Below the pieces are notes generated by a model that did no database searches, was not told the origin of the DNA, and was given only the letters and a program-made list of their open reading frames with translations. A stretch of 64,000 nucleotides of DNA, from the NCBI GenBank assembly GCA_919902105.1, contig CAKKQO010000037.1:5598-69597 (forward strand), in the 5' to 3' direction. Origin of the DNA: Omnitrophica bacterium GWA2_41_15 (lineage in GTDB: Bacteria; Omnitrophota; Gorgyraeia; Ghiorseimicrobiales; Ghiorseimicrobiaceae). Positions 43,280 through 52,386 of the stretch are shown here, in pieces. The position numbers were made by a program, and so were the translations under genes. Every line of letters starts with the position of its first letter. Position 1 is the stretch's first letter.

Positions 43280-44512
43280 TTAAGGTTTTTCAACAATTAA
43301 AACCGCGTTTATCCCGCCTCTTCCGCGGGAGATAATCAGTGCTTTATTTATTTTATATTCCCTTGCTTGGTTGGCGACATAATTTAAGCCGTTAGGGTTC
43401 GGATTTTCTAAGTTTATCGTCGGCGGAATTAAGCCGTTCTCCATTGCCAATACGGTGATAATTGTATCCAAAGCGCCAGATGCCCCTAATAAATTTCCGA
43501 ACATTGATTTGGGACAGCTAACTGGAATATCTTTGGTATTATTGCCGAACACTTCTTTTATCGCCGTAACTTCGCTATTATCCCATAAGTCTAGCGCTAA
43601 TCCGTCTAAACTGATAAAATCTATCTCTTCGGGGTTAGTTTTTGCGCGTTCTAATACTAATCTTATTGCTCTAGCTAATTGTTTGCCGTAAGTGTCAGGA
43701 TTGATTCGGTTTGCCCCATCGCAGGTTGAGGCATAACCGGAAATTGTTGCCATGATATTGGCGCCTCTTTTTTGGGCGCGCTCCACACTTTCTAAAACCA
43801 TAATCCCCGCGCCTTCTGCGATGACAAAGCCGGATTTATCTTTATCAAACGGACGATAGGCGGTTTCCGGATGTTCATTATCTTCTGAAAGTCCGCCGTA
43901 AGTATTGCAACAAAGTAACGCATAAGGCGTAACCGGCGCCTCCATCCCTCCGGCTAAAATCATATTTAGTTTTCCTTTTTGCAATGTTTTGTTAGCATAA
44001 CCGATTGCCTCAAGAGAGCTGGCGCGGTCAGCAACCACTGTTTTTGAAAATCCCTTTATGCCGTAATATATGGAAACTTGTCCTTGGGGCGCGGCCGGAA
44101 ACCAGGCAGATGCCATATAGGGAGAAACACCTTGGCGTCCTTCTATATACATATCGCGCAATTCCGTTTCGGCATAGAGCCAGCCGCCAAGAGCATTGCC
44201 GAGGAAAATGCCTATGAGATTCGGGTCTTCGTTTCTAATCTCTATACCGGCATCTTGCAGGGCAAGTTCTGAAGCGATCAGCGCCATATGGGAAAAGGCA
44301 TCAATTTTTTTTAAGAGCCGTTCTGGGATGTGGGAATATTTTTCCAGTTCATCAATTTGCCCGGCGATGTGCGATGGATATTTTGAAGCGTCAAAGCGGG
44401 TAATTTCTTTAATAAAAGACCTGCCGGATTTAACATTCGCCCAAAACTGGCGCTTTCCTATTCCGCTGGGCGCAACTACTCCCACACCTGTAACTGCAAT
44501 TTTGTCTAGCAT
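43280..44512 (-). CDS. Beta-ketoacyl-synthase-like protein lacking the catalytic Cys/His/His triad (chain-length-factor-like partner)
   Basis: The thiolase fold is present, but ADRASS replaces the A-C-SS active-site motif, and the two His motifs read SLDGLALD and GNLLGASG. Confidence 0.7.
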   Translation of the reverse strand: MLDKIAVTGVGVVAPSGIGKRQFWANVKSGRSFIKEITRFDASKYPSHIAGQIDELEKYSHIPERLLKKIDAFSHMALIASELALQDAGIEIRNEDPNLIGIFLGNALGGWLYAETELRDMYIEGRQGVSPYMASAWFPAAPQGQVSIYYGIKGFSKTVVADRASSLEAIGYANKTLQKGKLNMILAGGMEAPVTPYALLCCNTYGGLSEDNEHPETAYRPFDKDKSGFVIAEGAGIMVLESVERAQKRGANIMATISGYASTCDGANRINPDTYGKQLARAIRLVLERAKTNPEEIDFISLDGLALDLWDNSEVTAIKEVFGNNTKDIPVSCPKSMFGNLLGASGALDTIITVLAMENGLIPPTINLENPNPNGLNYVANQAREYKINKALIISRGRGGINAVLIVEKP

Positions 44513-44520
44513 CTATTTTA

Positions 44521-44549
44521 ACCATGTAGACCTACGCGGTCTACATGGT
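44521..44549. repeat. REP-like palindrome, copy 5 (perfect 12-bp stem) between the two KS genes
   Basis: accatgtagacctacgcggtctacatggt. Confidence 0.9.
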
Positions 44550-45811
44550 TATCCTTTGAATCGTTTCATAATTAACGATGAGTGGATTCCAGAAAATCCG
44601 CTTGAGGTTTTTAAAATCGTATTCACTTTTTTTTCGCGCGCTTTATTGGGGATATAATCCAAGTCGCATAAATGGTCTTTTCCTTCCTGATTTATTGTCG
44701 GCGGTAAAATATTTTTTTCAAAAATCATACAACCCGCCGTTAGTTCTATGGCGTTTGCCGCGGCCAAGGGATGGCCGATCATTGATTTAAGCGAGCTAAT
44801 CGGCAATTTATAGGCATAGTCGCCAAAGACCATTTTGTAAGCACTGGTTTCAAAGATGTCGTTCATTCGGGTAGATGAGCCGTGGGCATTTATGTAATCG
44901 ATATCTTGCGGCTTAATTTCAGCGTCTTTAAGCGCAAGACTAATACAATTTGCCATCGCTGTTCCGTCAGCCGGTAAGTCCGTCATGTGATATGCATTAC
45001 AGCTTGTGCCAAAACCGATGACCTCGGCATAGATATGGGCATTGCGTTTTAAGGCATGGTTTAATTCTTCTAAAACTAAAATGCCTGCCCCTTCAGAAAG
45101 CACAAATCCGTCACGCTTATTGTCAAATGGCCGGCTGGCTTTTTCCGGACAGTCGTTACGCACAGATAAGACGTTTACTACGTCAAAGGCGCCGAAAGTT
45201 ATCGGCGTAATCGGTGCCTCTGCCGCGCCTGCTATTATAATATCCGCCTCACCGTCTTGAATTACTTCAAGGGCATATCCTAAAGAATCAGTTCCGGCAG
45301 TGCATCCGGTAGAAATAGTGTTGCAAATTCCCTTTAGGCCGTAGCGGCTTGAGATTTCAATAGACGGTGTATTAAACATAGAGGCATCGTAGAGGTCAGG
45401 CCGAACTTTAGATGGGTCAATCGGCTCTTTTCCGTCGTTAGTCACTAAGGCAAATTCCTCTTCCATATATTTTGTGCCGCAGATGGCATTGGCTAAACTA
45501 ACGCCGATCACTTCAGGATTTTCTTTGGAGAAATTTAGTTTTGAGCCCTCTATTGCTATCTTGGCCGCACAGACTGCAAACTGCACATACCTATCCATAC
45601 GCATAACTTCATCATGCGTCAGGCCAAATTTAAAGGGGTTAAAATCGCGGACTTCCGCGGCGATTTTTGTGTTAAAAATAGAAACGTCAAAGCCGTCAAC
45701 TAGCTTTACCCCGGATTTTCCCGAGATAAATGCCTGATAGGCATTGTCTTTGCCGATGCCGTTAGGCGAAATAACGCCGATACCGGTTATGACGACGCGG
45801 CGTTTTAACAT
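44549..45811 (-). CDS. Beta-ketoacyl synthase (KS-alpha/FabF-like, catalytically competent)
   Basis: Active-site Cys in ISTGCTAGTDS, and the two His motifs NAHGSSTRMND and KSMIGHPLAAANA. Confidence 0.8.
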   Translation of the reverse strand: MLKRRVVITGIGVISPNGIGKDNAYQAFISGKSGVKLVDGFDVSIFNTKIAAEVRDFNPFKFGLTHDEVMRMDRYVQFAVCAAKIAIEGSKLNFSKENPEVIGVSLANAICGTKYMEEEFALVTNDGKEPIDPSKVRPDLYDASMFNTPSIEISSRYGLKGICNTISTGCTAGTDSLGYALEVIQDGEADIIIAGAAEAPITPITFGAFDVVNVLSVRNDCPEKASRPFDNKRDGFVLSEGAGILVLEELNHALKRNAHIYAEVIGFGTSCNAYHMTDLPADGTAMANCISLALKDAEIKPQDIDYINAHGSSTRMNDIFETSAYKMVFGDYAYKLPISSLKSMIGHPLAAANAIELTAGCMIFEKNILPPTINQEGKDHLCDLDYIPNKAREKKVNTILKTSSGFSGIHSSLIMKRFKG

Positions 45812-45814
45812 ATT

Positions 45815-46408
45815 TTATTTCTCCTCCTGCTCTATCCCGCTTACCTTAAACACAATCTTTCCTCCATCCGGACAAGTCACAGTATCAATAGCATCGGGTT
45901 CTTTCATAAACCAAAACTTTCCGCCAAAGTTTAAAGCAAATAATGCAGGAAAGGCGGTATGGAATGCCGCTCCGCAAAACCCGGGTATGCATTTTAGCCC
46001 GGTGGTTTCCCATTTATCGCCTACCTTATAACCAAAGCTGCATTTCCCTTCTGCCTTTACTACCTCAATGACCATCTTCTTTGGTTGAGGGCCCTTATAA
46101 TTAGGGTCTTTGGGAATAAATTCAACTTTCCCTTCCTTATTTAAGATTTCTACCTTAAACTCTAATTTCCCGCCATCTGGACAGGTAATCAGCAATGAAC
46201 GTTGGTTCTCCATAAAAGGAAATTTTGCACCCCAACTTAAGGCATAAATCACCGGGAATAATACATGCGCTAAGCCCAAACAGAAGAACTCGGGCGGATG
46301 GGTAAAATCCTCTAAAATCAGTTCATCGCCAATTTTATAGCCGTGATAGCAATGGCCTTCAACTTTATTGACCGTAAGTTTTAATTTAGGAAAAGGAGTA
46401 TCGATCAT
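45815..46408 (-). CDS. Cys-rich hypothetical protein built of two tandem repeats of about 95 aa, each ending in TCPDGGK
   Basis: Repeat 1 reads VEGHCYHGYKIGDE...ITCPDGGKLEFKV and repeat 2 reads AEGKCSFGYKVGDK...VTCPDGGKIVFKV. ATGA overlap with the upstream PanE-like gene. Confidence 0.4.
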   Translation of the reverse strand: MIDTPFPKLKLTVNKVEGHCYHGYKIGDELILEDFTHPPEFFCLGLAHVLFPVIYALSWGAKFPFMENQRSLLITCPDGGKLEFKVEILNKEGKVEFIPKDPNYKGPQPKKMVIEVVKAEGKCSFGYKVGDKWETTGLKCIPGFCGAAFHTAFPALFALNFGGKFWFMKEPDAIDTVTCPDGGKIVFKVSGIEQEEK

Positions 46409-47400
46409 TTAGTCACGGCCTCAATTAATTCCTCTTTACTCAAAAATTTTCCGGTTTTCTCCACCTGATGCACCATTTCAACTAGTTTTTCGTTTAGGGG
46501 TGCCTTGAGATTATTTTTCTTAGCTAGATTCACAAACTCGCCGTTGATGTAGTCTATCTCAGATGTGCGATTTCTTTTAATACTTTGTAATATAGAGCCG
46601 TAAAGCGGCTGGCGGCTTAGATTAAACATAATATTAGAAAAAATCTTCGCCGCTTCATCACGCGGCATATTTGCAAGCGCCACATATCGTCTAATGTCGA
46701 ATTCCGGTAGCGACACCGGCTGAATTCCGCATTTTTCTATGATATTAAAGGTTTCTTTAAGCAGTTGAATGCTTATCGCCGCCATCTCTACCTCTTTAAA
46801 AGTCTCTTGCATGCTGAGGCCTACGACAGCGGGGATGCAGTTATTTAAGTTGATAAATAACTTTGTCCATTTCATCCCCTTTATGTGTTCAGAAACACTA
46901 ACTTTAAAAGTGCTACTTAAGGATTGCTCTACCTCTTTTAATTTATCGTCAATTTTTCCGTCTAACCGACCAATAATGCAGCCACCTTCAAAGTTATGGG
47001 TGATATGGCCGTAATCCAAATAAGTTGAGCCGAACATTACGATGCTGGAAATAATATCCGCGCCTTTAGCTGACTTGGCGACAATTTCATCAGCGCGTAT
47101 CCCGTTTTGCGTAGTTAAAATTATGCTATTTACTAAAAATGTTTCGTTTTGTGAAATTGCTTCTTCTATGTCTTGCGTTTTGACCGCTAATATTACTAAA
47201 TCCGCGGGTGTATCCATTTGCGCGCGCGCGTTTATTTTTACTGATAATTTGCCGCGTACGCCTTCAATCTTTAAACCATTTTTATTGATAAATTCGGCCT
47301 GTTCTTTTTTAGCGACTAAGATGACGTCTGCACCCTTATCCTTTAGATACGCCGCGACTAATCCGCCGATTGCCCCTGCGCCAATGACTGCTATTCTCAT
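46405..47400 (-). CDS. Ketopantoate-reductase-family (PanE/ApbA) NAD(P)-dependent oxidoreductase
   Basis: MRIAVIGAGAIGG Rossmann N-terminus with an ApbA_C-like C-terminus. Confidence 0.7.
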   Translation of the reverse strand: MRIAVIGAGAIGGLVAAYLKDKGADVILVAKKEQAEFINKNGLKIEGVRGKLSVKINARAQMDTPADLVILAVKTQDIEEAISQNETFLVNSIILTTQNGIRADEIVAKSAKGADIISSIVMFGSTYLDYGHITHNFEGGCIIGRLDGKIDDKLKEVEQSLSSTFKVSVSEHIKGMKWTKLFINLNNCIPAVVGLSMQETFKEVEMAAISIQLLKETFNIIEKCGIQPVSLPEFDIRRYVALANMPRDEAAKIFSNIMFNLSRQPLYGSILQSIKRNRTSEIDYINGEFVNLAKKNNLKAPLNEKLVEMVHQVEKTGKFLSKEELIEAVTK

Positions 47401-47672
47401 TTTGGGTATCCGTATTTTTTATAGTCAAACCCGCTTTTTTCTAACAAGCGCACCATCATGCTATAAAATGGCGATGGCACGTCCGAGAAAAAGGCGGAAA
47501 TTACGTCTTGTTCTCCTACTTCTCCGGCGTTACGCCTAAAGGCATTTTCCTCCGCCTTTTTAGTGACAACGCTTTCGGTAATCCGACGGTGAAAGACCGG
47601 AATTTTCGCGATCATTTCTTTAAATTTTTGCTGAGTCTCACTATCCCAGTTCATTTTATATTTTTTACGCAA
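47397..47672 (-). CDS. Small PCP_red-like domain protein (protochlorophyllide-reductase 57-kDa subunit C-terminal-like, PF08369)
   Basis: MNWDSETQQKFKEMIAKIPVFHRRITESVVTKKAEENAFRRNAGEVGEQDV fits the W..EA...L..IP.F.R pattern. Confidence 0.4.
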   Translation of the reverse strand: MRKKYKMNWDSETQQKFKEMIAKIPVFHRRITESVVTKKAEENAFRRNAGEVGEQDVISAFFSDVPSPFYSMMVRLLEKSGFDYKKYGYPK

Positions 47673-49200
47673 ACCACGACGTAACCAAAGATTTACCTGT
47701 AGGGTTTAAGTCAATATTTACGTGTTTGGTTTGAGTGTATTCTAAGAGACCTTCTTTGCCAAGTTCGCGGCCAAAACCACTTTCTTTGTATCCCCCAAAA
47801 GGCGCTTCGTTATAAAAACCGCCATAGGTATTTATCCAGACGGTTCCACAGCGCAGTTGCTGTGCTACTTGATTGGCGCGGGTTAGGTCCTTGGTCCAGA
47901 CCATCGCGGCTAAGCCAAAGCGTGTATTATTTGCGATTTTAACCGCTTCATCTTGTCCGGAAAATTTAATAATTGATAGCACCGGCCCGAATATTTCCTC
48001 TTGCGCAATACGCGCGTTATTATCCACATCCGTAAATATCGTTGGCTCCAAATAAAACCCATTTTCCAAACCATGTAGACCTACGCGGTCTACATCGGGG
48101 ATGGTGCCGCCAGAGATGAGTTTGGCTTCATGTTTACCGATTTCGATATAATTTAAAACGTTTTGCCGATGCTCAGCTGAAATTAATGGACCAAAGTCGG
48201 TGTCGTAAGATGCGGCATTACCGATTTTTAACTTTTTAGTTTTTGTAACCAATAAATCAATAAATTTATCGTATATTTTATCTTCAAGTATTAATCGTGA
48301 GCCGGCGGTGCACATCTGCCCTTGATTCATAAAGATTGCCGACATTGAACCGCCAACTGCCGCCTCTATATCGCAGTCGGCAAATACAATATTTGGGCTT
48401 TTGCCGCCCAATTCAAGAGAGAGTTTTTTGGTGTTGCCTGATGCCATTTTCATTATTTCTTTTCCCGCGGTATTTCCCCCGGTAAAAGAGACCATATCTA
48501 CGAGTTTACTCTCACAGATTGTTTTACCTACCTCATTAGCGGTTCCGGTAATAATATTCACTACGCCTTTGGGTAAGCCAGCCTCTTGTATTATTTTGGC
48601 TAATTCTAAGCAGCTTAATGAAGCAAGTTGTGAGGGTTTAAAAACTATCGTGTTTCCCAAAATAATTGCCGGTGCTATTTTCCAAGCCGCCATTAAAAAC
48701 GGATAATTCCAAGGGATAATCTGGCCGATAACGCCTATTGGCTCGCGAAATGTAAAACTTAGCGCCGGATTATGTATAGGTATGGTTTCGCCTTTAACCG
48801 CAGATGCCGCAGCTGCAAAATACTCAAAGGCCGATGCGGCTGTCGGGATATCAATAAAAGTGGTTTGTTTTATAGTTTTTCCGGTGTCTTGCGATTCCAA
48901 CTTGGCTAATTCCGCTGCTTCTTCCCTTATAATCTGGGCAATTTTTTGTAGATAGGGCGCGCGTTCAATAATCTGCATTTTAGGCCAGTCGCCGCTATCA
49001 AAGGCGAATCTAGCGGCTTTAATCGCTTTTTCTGTATCTTTAGCGTCTGCGGCAGGAAATTCCGCCAATGTTTCTCCAATAGAAGGATTAATACTGGCAA
49101 TAGTATTTTTATTACCGGCTTCTACAAATTCGCCATTAATATACGTTTGATATTTTTTCATTTTTTTCTCGCTACTCACTTCGTGGGTGCTAGTTTCCAC
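47665..49200 (-). CDS. NAD(P)+-dependent aldehyde dehydrogenase
   Basis: ELGGKSP, catalytic Cys in QGQMCTAGSRL, and EEIFGPV. The loop TIPDVDRVGLHGLEN is encoded by REP copy 6. Confidence 0.85.
   Translation of the reverse strand: METSTHEVSSEKKMKKYQTYINGEFVEAGNKNTIASINPSIGETLAEFPAADAKDTEKAIKAARFAFDSGDWPKMQIIERAPYLQKIAQIIREEAAELAKLESQDTGKTIKQTTFIDIPTAASAFEYFAAAASAVKGETIPIHNPALSFTFREPIGVIGQIIPWNYPFLMAAWKIAPAIILGNTIVFKPSQLASLSCLELAKIIQEAGLPKGVVNIITGTANEVGKTICESKLVDMVSFTGGNTAGKEIMKMASGNTKKLSLELGGKSPNIVFADCDIEAAVGGSMSAIFMNQGQMCTAGSRLILEDKIYDKFIDLLVTKTKKLKIGNAASYDTDFGPLISAEHRQNVLNYIEIGKHEAKLISGGTIPDVDRVGLHGLENGFYLEPTIFTDVDNNARIAQEEIFGPVLSIIKFSGQDEAVKIANNTRFGLAAMVWTKDLTRANQVAQQLRCGTVWINTYGGFYNEAPFGGYKESGFGRELGKEGLLEYTQTKHVNIDLNPTGKSLVTSWFA
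48073..48095. repeat. REP-like palindrome, copy 6, lying inside the aldehyde dehydrogenase CDS in frame and encoding DVDRVGLH
   Basis: atgtagacctacgcggtctacat within ORF 47665-49200. Confidence 0.85.
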
Positions 49201-50168
49201 AAATCAAAGATGCGGTTAAACGGGGCATACCAGCGGGATAGTTTTGCCATATCGCCTTTTAGTTTAAGCTTGTGTTGTGTTGCCGCAGCAAAAGGGTCAA
49301 GTTTTCTCTCGAAAACCAAGCGCCAGACAGCCGCAGGCCCCGAGATAACAAATTCCGCGTCTTCATCGTTGGTTACTTCTTCAATTTTTCCTTTATTAAA
49401 GTGAAAATTATAAACTTTATTTTCTTCATCAACCCTTATTGCTAATTTCGTGGTTAAATTAAGCGCCTCTCCCTTTTCTTTTGCTTCCTTATCCTCATTA
49501 ACCAGAGAAACAATTTTATTAATATGATCTTTTGAAAATAAATCGTATTTTTTGACCGTATCAACCGCGTAGGTTGATATTGGTTTTAGGTTAGAAAATG
49601 TTGCGGGAGCGTTTCTCAGGGTAAGGTTTACTTTGCAGGCTTCTTCTAACATTTCAAGCCATGAGAATGCCTCTTTGAAAGATGACCCGACTGAGACAAT
49701 GCCGTGTTTTTTTAAGACAACGATATTGCTTAAGCTTAATGCATCTAAAACAGGTAAAACATTGGTTACAATCGGGCCACCCTGCTCAATTACCGGGATG
49801 TTAGACAGATAAAGACGCGCTTCGTAGCTGAATATATCTAATGTGTTAAATTTAGCATAAAAGGCAGTAGTAAAGTTTGGGTGGGCATGGATAATGGCAT
49901 TAATCCCCTCTTTTTCATAAGCCGCCAAATGCATTGCTAATTCTGATGTGGGTTTTAAGTTAGTTCCAGAAACAGGTTTACCTTTCTTATCAACGATTAT
50001 GATTTCCTCTTCGCTTAAATAACCCAGATAAGCATTATGCGCGGTGACTAAAAACTTATCCTTATCCAGGCGTAGAGAAATATTGCCGCAGGGGCCGCTG
50101 ACAAAAGAGCGGTTATGCAGTTCTTTCGCCCAGAATACTATTTCTTTACGTTCTCTTGCATATAACAT
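49176..50168 (-). CDS. Class II aldolase/adducin-family protein fused to a C-terminal SCP2 sterol-carrier domain
   Basis: Aldolase_II-type N-terminus (HAHP, GIVSVG) and a C-terminus ISGPAAVWRLVFERKLDPFAAATQHKLKLKGDMAKL that looks SCP2-like. Confidence 0.6.
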   Translation of the reverse strand: MLYARERKEIVFWAKELHNRSFVSGPCGNISLRLDKDKFLVTAHNAYLGYLSEEEIIIVDKKGKPVSGTNLKPTSELAMHLAAYEKEGINAIIHAHPNFTTAFYAKFNTLDIFSYEARLYLSNIPVIEQGGPIVTNVLPVLDALSLSNIVVLKKHGIVSVGSSFKEAFSWLEMLEEACKVNLTLRNAPATFSNLKPISTYAVDTVKKYDLFSKDHINKIVSLVNEDKEAKEKGEALNLTTKLAIRVDEENKVYNFHFNKGKIEEVTNDEDAEFVISGPAAVWRLVFERKLDPFAAATQHKLKLKGDMAKLSRWYAPFNRIFDLWKLAPTK

Positions 50169-50177
50169 TATATTTAC

Positions 50178-50204
50178 CCCATGTAGACCTACGCGGTCTA
50201 CATG
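50178..50204. repeat. REP-like palindrome, copy 7
   Basis: ccatgtagacctacgcggtctacatgg. Confidence 0.9.
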
Positions 50205-50219
50205 GTTAGCTATTTATCC

Positions 50220-50651
50220 TTAGTTTAAGGATTCGTTCTGCGGCGTAATCACCTTTGTTTTGTTAACACAGGTTTTTATCCCTAAAAAAGTCTTGGCGTT
50301 TTGATCGGGAAACTTATCTAATTTAACATCTTTCCCTTTTTGTATTTCAAGCGCAACAGCGTGCCGCTGGGCAAGTATTTTTACCGCCTGCGCGCCCACC
50401 GGAAAAGTATTATCGTCAAAACCAAACAGATATACTTTATCTATGGCCTTTAAGAAAAATAAATGCCCTAAGCCGTTATCAGAAATAAGCGTAGATTTTA
50501 TTTTCCTTTTTTCTAATGCTTTTGCGACTATCTTTGCCCCCAAAAGATACGGACGCATCTCAGGGATAAGGATATGTTTATCCTTTACTTCTCTATAAAA
50601 ATCTTCCGGGGGTATGCCATAAATAAGTATGTATTTATTTATCCTTTCCAT
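50220..50651 (-). CDS. Truncated eIF-2B/MtnA-family paralogue (C-terminal Rossmann-like half only)
   Basis: KIKSTLISDNGLGHLFFLKAIDKVYLFGFDDNTF aligns to the MtnA stretch IPATLIVDSAAGSLM..GKIDAVIVGADRV but lacks the NKIGT motif. Confidence 0.35.
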   Translation of the reverse strand: MERINKYILIYGIPPEDFYREVKDKHILIPEMRPYLLGAKIVAKALEKRKIKSTLISDNGLGHLFFLKAIDKVYLFGFDDNTFPVGAQAVKILAQRHAVALEIQKGKDVKLDKFPDQNAKTFLGIKTCVNKTKVITPQNESLN

Positions 50652-51637
50652 TTTTTCGCAAACTCCTGCGGCGTATATATTCCGTCAAAAAAGATTAAGC
50701 CGCTGATTAGTTCATTAGGCACAACGTCAAAAGCCGGATAAAGCGCATCTTGGCTTTTGGAAGTAAGCCATTTATTTCTAAATAAGAGCATTTCTTCCTT
50801 GGGGCGGTATTCTATTTTTATGTCTTTTATGCTTTTAGTTTCTCCCGGAGGCTGGACAAAAGAATAAAACGGTATACGGAAATGTTTTGCTAAAACCGCA
50901 AGCTGATAGGTTCCGGTTTTATTGGCAATATCGCCGCCAATGGTGACGCGGTCAGCGCCAGTTAGGACCATATCTATGCGGCATCTTTTTAAAATGTCCG
51001 CCGCTTGATTATCGCAAAAAAGATACACGGAAATATCAGCCCGGTTTAATTCCCAGGTGGTAAGGCGCGAGCCTTGAAAATACGGCCGGGTTTCTGCGGC
51101 AAAAAATTCTACATGTTTACCTAATTTTTCCGCTTCATTTGTTAATGCAACTAATTCGCCTGAAATATTACAATGGGTTAAGATACGCGTATTTTGGGGA
51201 ATAACTTGCGCGGCAAGTTTTGCCCGGTACCTGCGCGCATTCTGTATTGACTCGATATAATTGATTACGGTATTTTTAAGCCCGGCAAAAAAATTATCAT
51301 TTTTGTCGTTCTTAAGCATATTGATTAATTCGTCTTTTAGCTGTCCAAAGGCAAAGGTTGGCCGGCTTTTAATAAATTTTTCGGTTGTTTCTTCTAGAAG
51401 CGGCAGGAACTTATTTAATGCGTCTATTTTTCTATTTTTTGCCTCGAGAATAAGTATGTAATAAAATAAAAGCACCTGCCCAAAAGCACGCGTCTTCATT
51501 TCCGCCAGCACCGAAAGTGCGTTTTTTAGATTTTTTACCTTGATGTATTTTACGTCAAAAGGAAGCCGCGTTTCGTCTAAAACCGCGATATGCCCGCCCT
51601 TAAAGATAGCTGGATGGAACAACAATGATTCTTTCAT
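50639..51637 (-). CDS. mtnA: eIF-2B alpha/beta/delta-family isomerase (methylthioribose-1-phosphate isomerase or ribose-1,5-bisphosphate isomerase)
   Basis: LTGADRVTIGGDIANKTGTYQLAVLAKHFRIPFY. Confidence 0.75.
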   Translation of the reverse strand: MKESLLFHPAIFKGGHIAVLDETRLPFDVKYIKVKNLKNALSVLAEMKTRAFGQVLLFYYILILEAKNRKIDALNKFLPLLEETTEKFIKSRPTFAFGQLKDELINMLKNDKNDNFFAGLKNTVINYIESIQNARRYRAKLAAQVIPQNTRILTHCNISGELVALTNEAEKLGKHVEFFAAETRPYFQGSRLTTWELNRADISVYLFCDNQAADILKRCRIDMVLTGADRVTIGGDIANKTGTYQLAVLAKHFRIPFYSFVQPPGETKSIKDIKIEYRPKEEMLLFRNKWLTSKSQDALYPAFDVVPNELISGLIFFDGIYTPQEFAKKWKG

Positions 51638-52386
51638 TACTTACTTTCTAAGAGTTTAATTGCCTCAAACGCAACTTTGATAATCTTCTGTTCGGCTTCG
51701 TAGTAATTGATATTCGTAAAACCCATTTCACCGGTAATTACGTTATCCGAGACGGCCATAATTGAGGCAGCCTTACAGTTATTTAACTGGGCAATGGTCA
51801 GGAAGCTTGATGAAACCATATCCACGGCAATTGCGCCTTTAGATATAAAACTTTCAACGATTTGGCGCGTTTCGCGCAAGAGCGCGTCAGTTGTCCAAAT
51901 CGGGCCTTTGTGGTAACGCACACCTAAATTTTGCGCCGCCTTAACTAAGGCATCGGTTAATTTATTGTCTGGTATTGTTTTAAAATTGTCTTTTACGTAG
52001 TATGGGGTAACGCCATCGCCGCGGATGGCAGAGGTTACAATAATGATGTCTCCTATTTGTATATCTTCGCGAAGTGCACCACTTGAGCCGGTGCGAATTA
52101 AATTATCTACCCCGCCGTTTGTGAGGATTTCGGCGCTGATGGCGCTGTCTGCAGAATACCTGCCTCCGTTTCCTACCGTAACCTTTGTGCCGTTAAAATC
52201 TCCGGAATAAAAGGTATATTCCATAAAAGAGAAGTTCCTCACCGGATTTTTTATCTGTTTTAAGGCCGCATCGCGGCGGTCAGCTGGGCCGGTGACAAGC
52301 GCATATTTTCCAAAGTCATGCGGTTTTATCCCAAGCATATATAATAATTCTTTCGCCGTTAAGTGAATATCTTTCTTCATTGGCAT
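51637..52386 (-). CDS. Purine/uridine/MTA nucleoside phosphorylase family protein (PNP_UDP_1)
   Basis: ALVTGPADRRDA...TGSSGALRE...DMVSSS pattern. Confidence 0.7.
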   Translation of the reverse strand: MPMKKDIHLTAKELLYMLGIKPHDFGKYALVTGPADRRDAALKQIKNPVRNFSFMEYTFYSGDFNGTKVTVGNGGRYSADSAISAEILTNGGVDNLIRTGSSGALREDIQIGDIIIVTSAIRGDGVTPYYVKDNFKTIPDNKLTDALVKAAQNLGVRYHKGPIWTTDALLRETRQIVESFISKGAIAVDMVSSSFLTIAQLNNCKAASIMAVSDNVITGEMGFTNINYYEAEQKIIKVAFEAIKLLESK

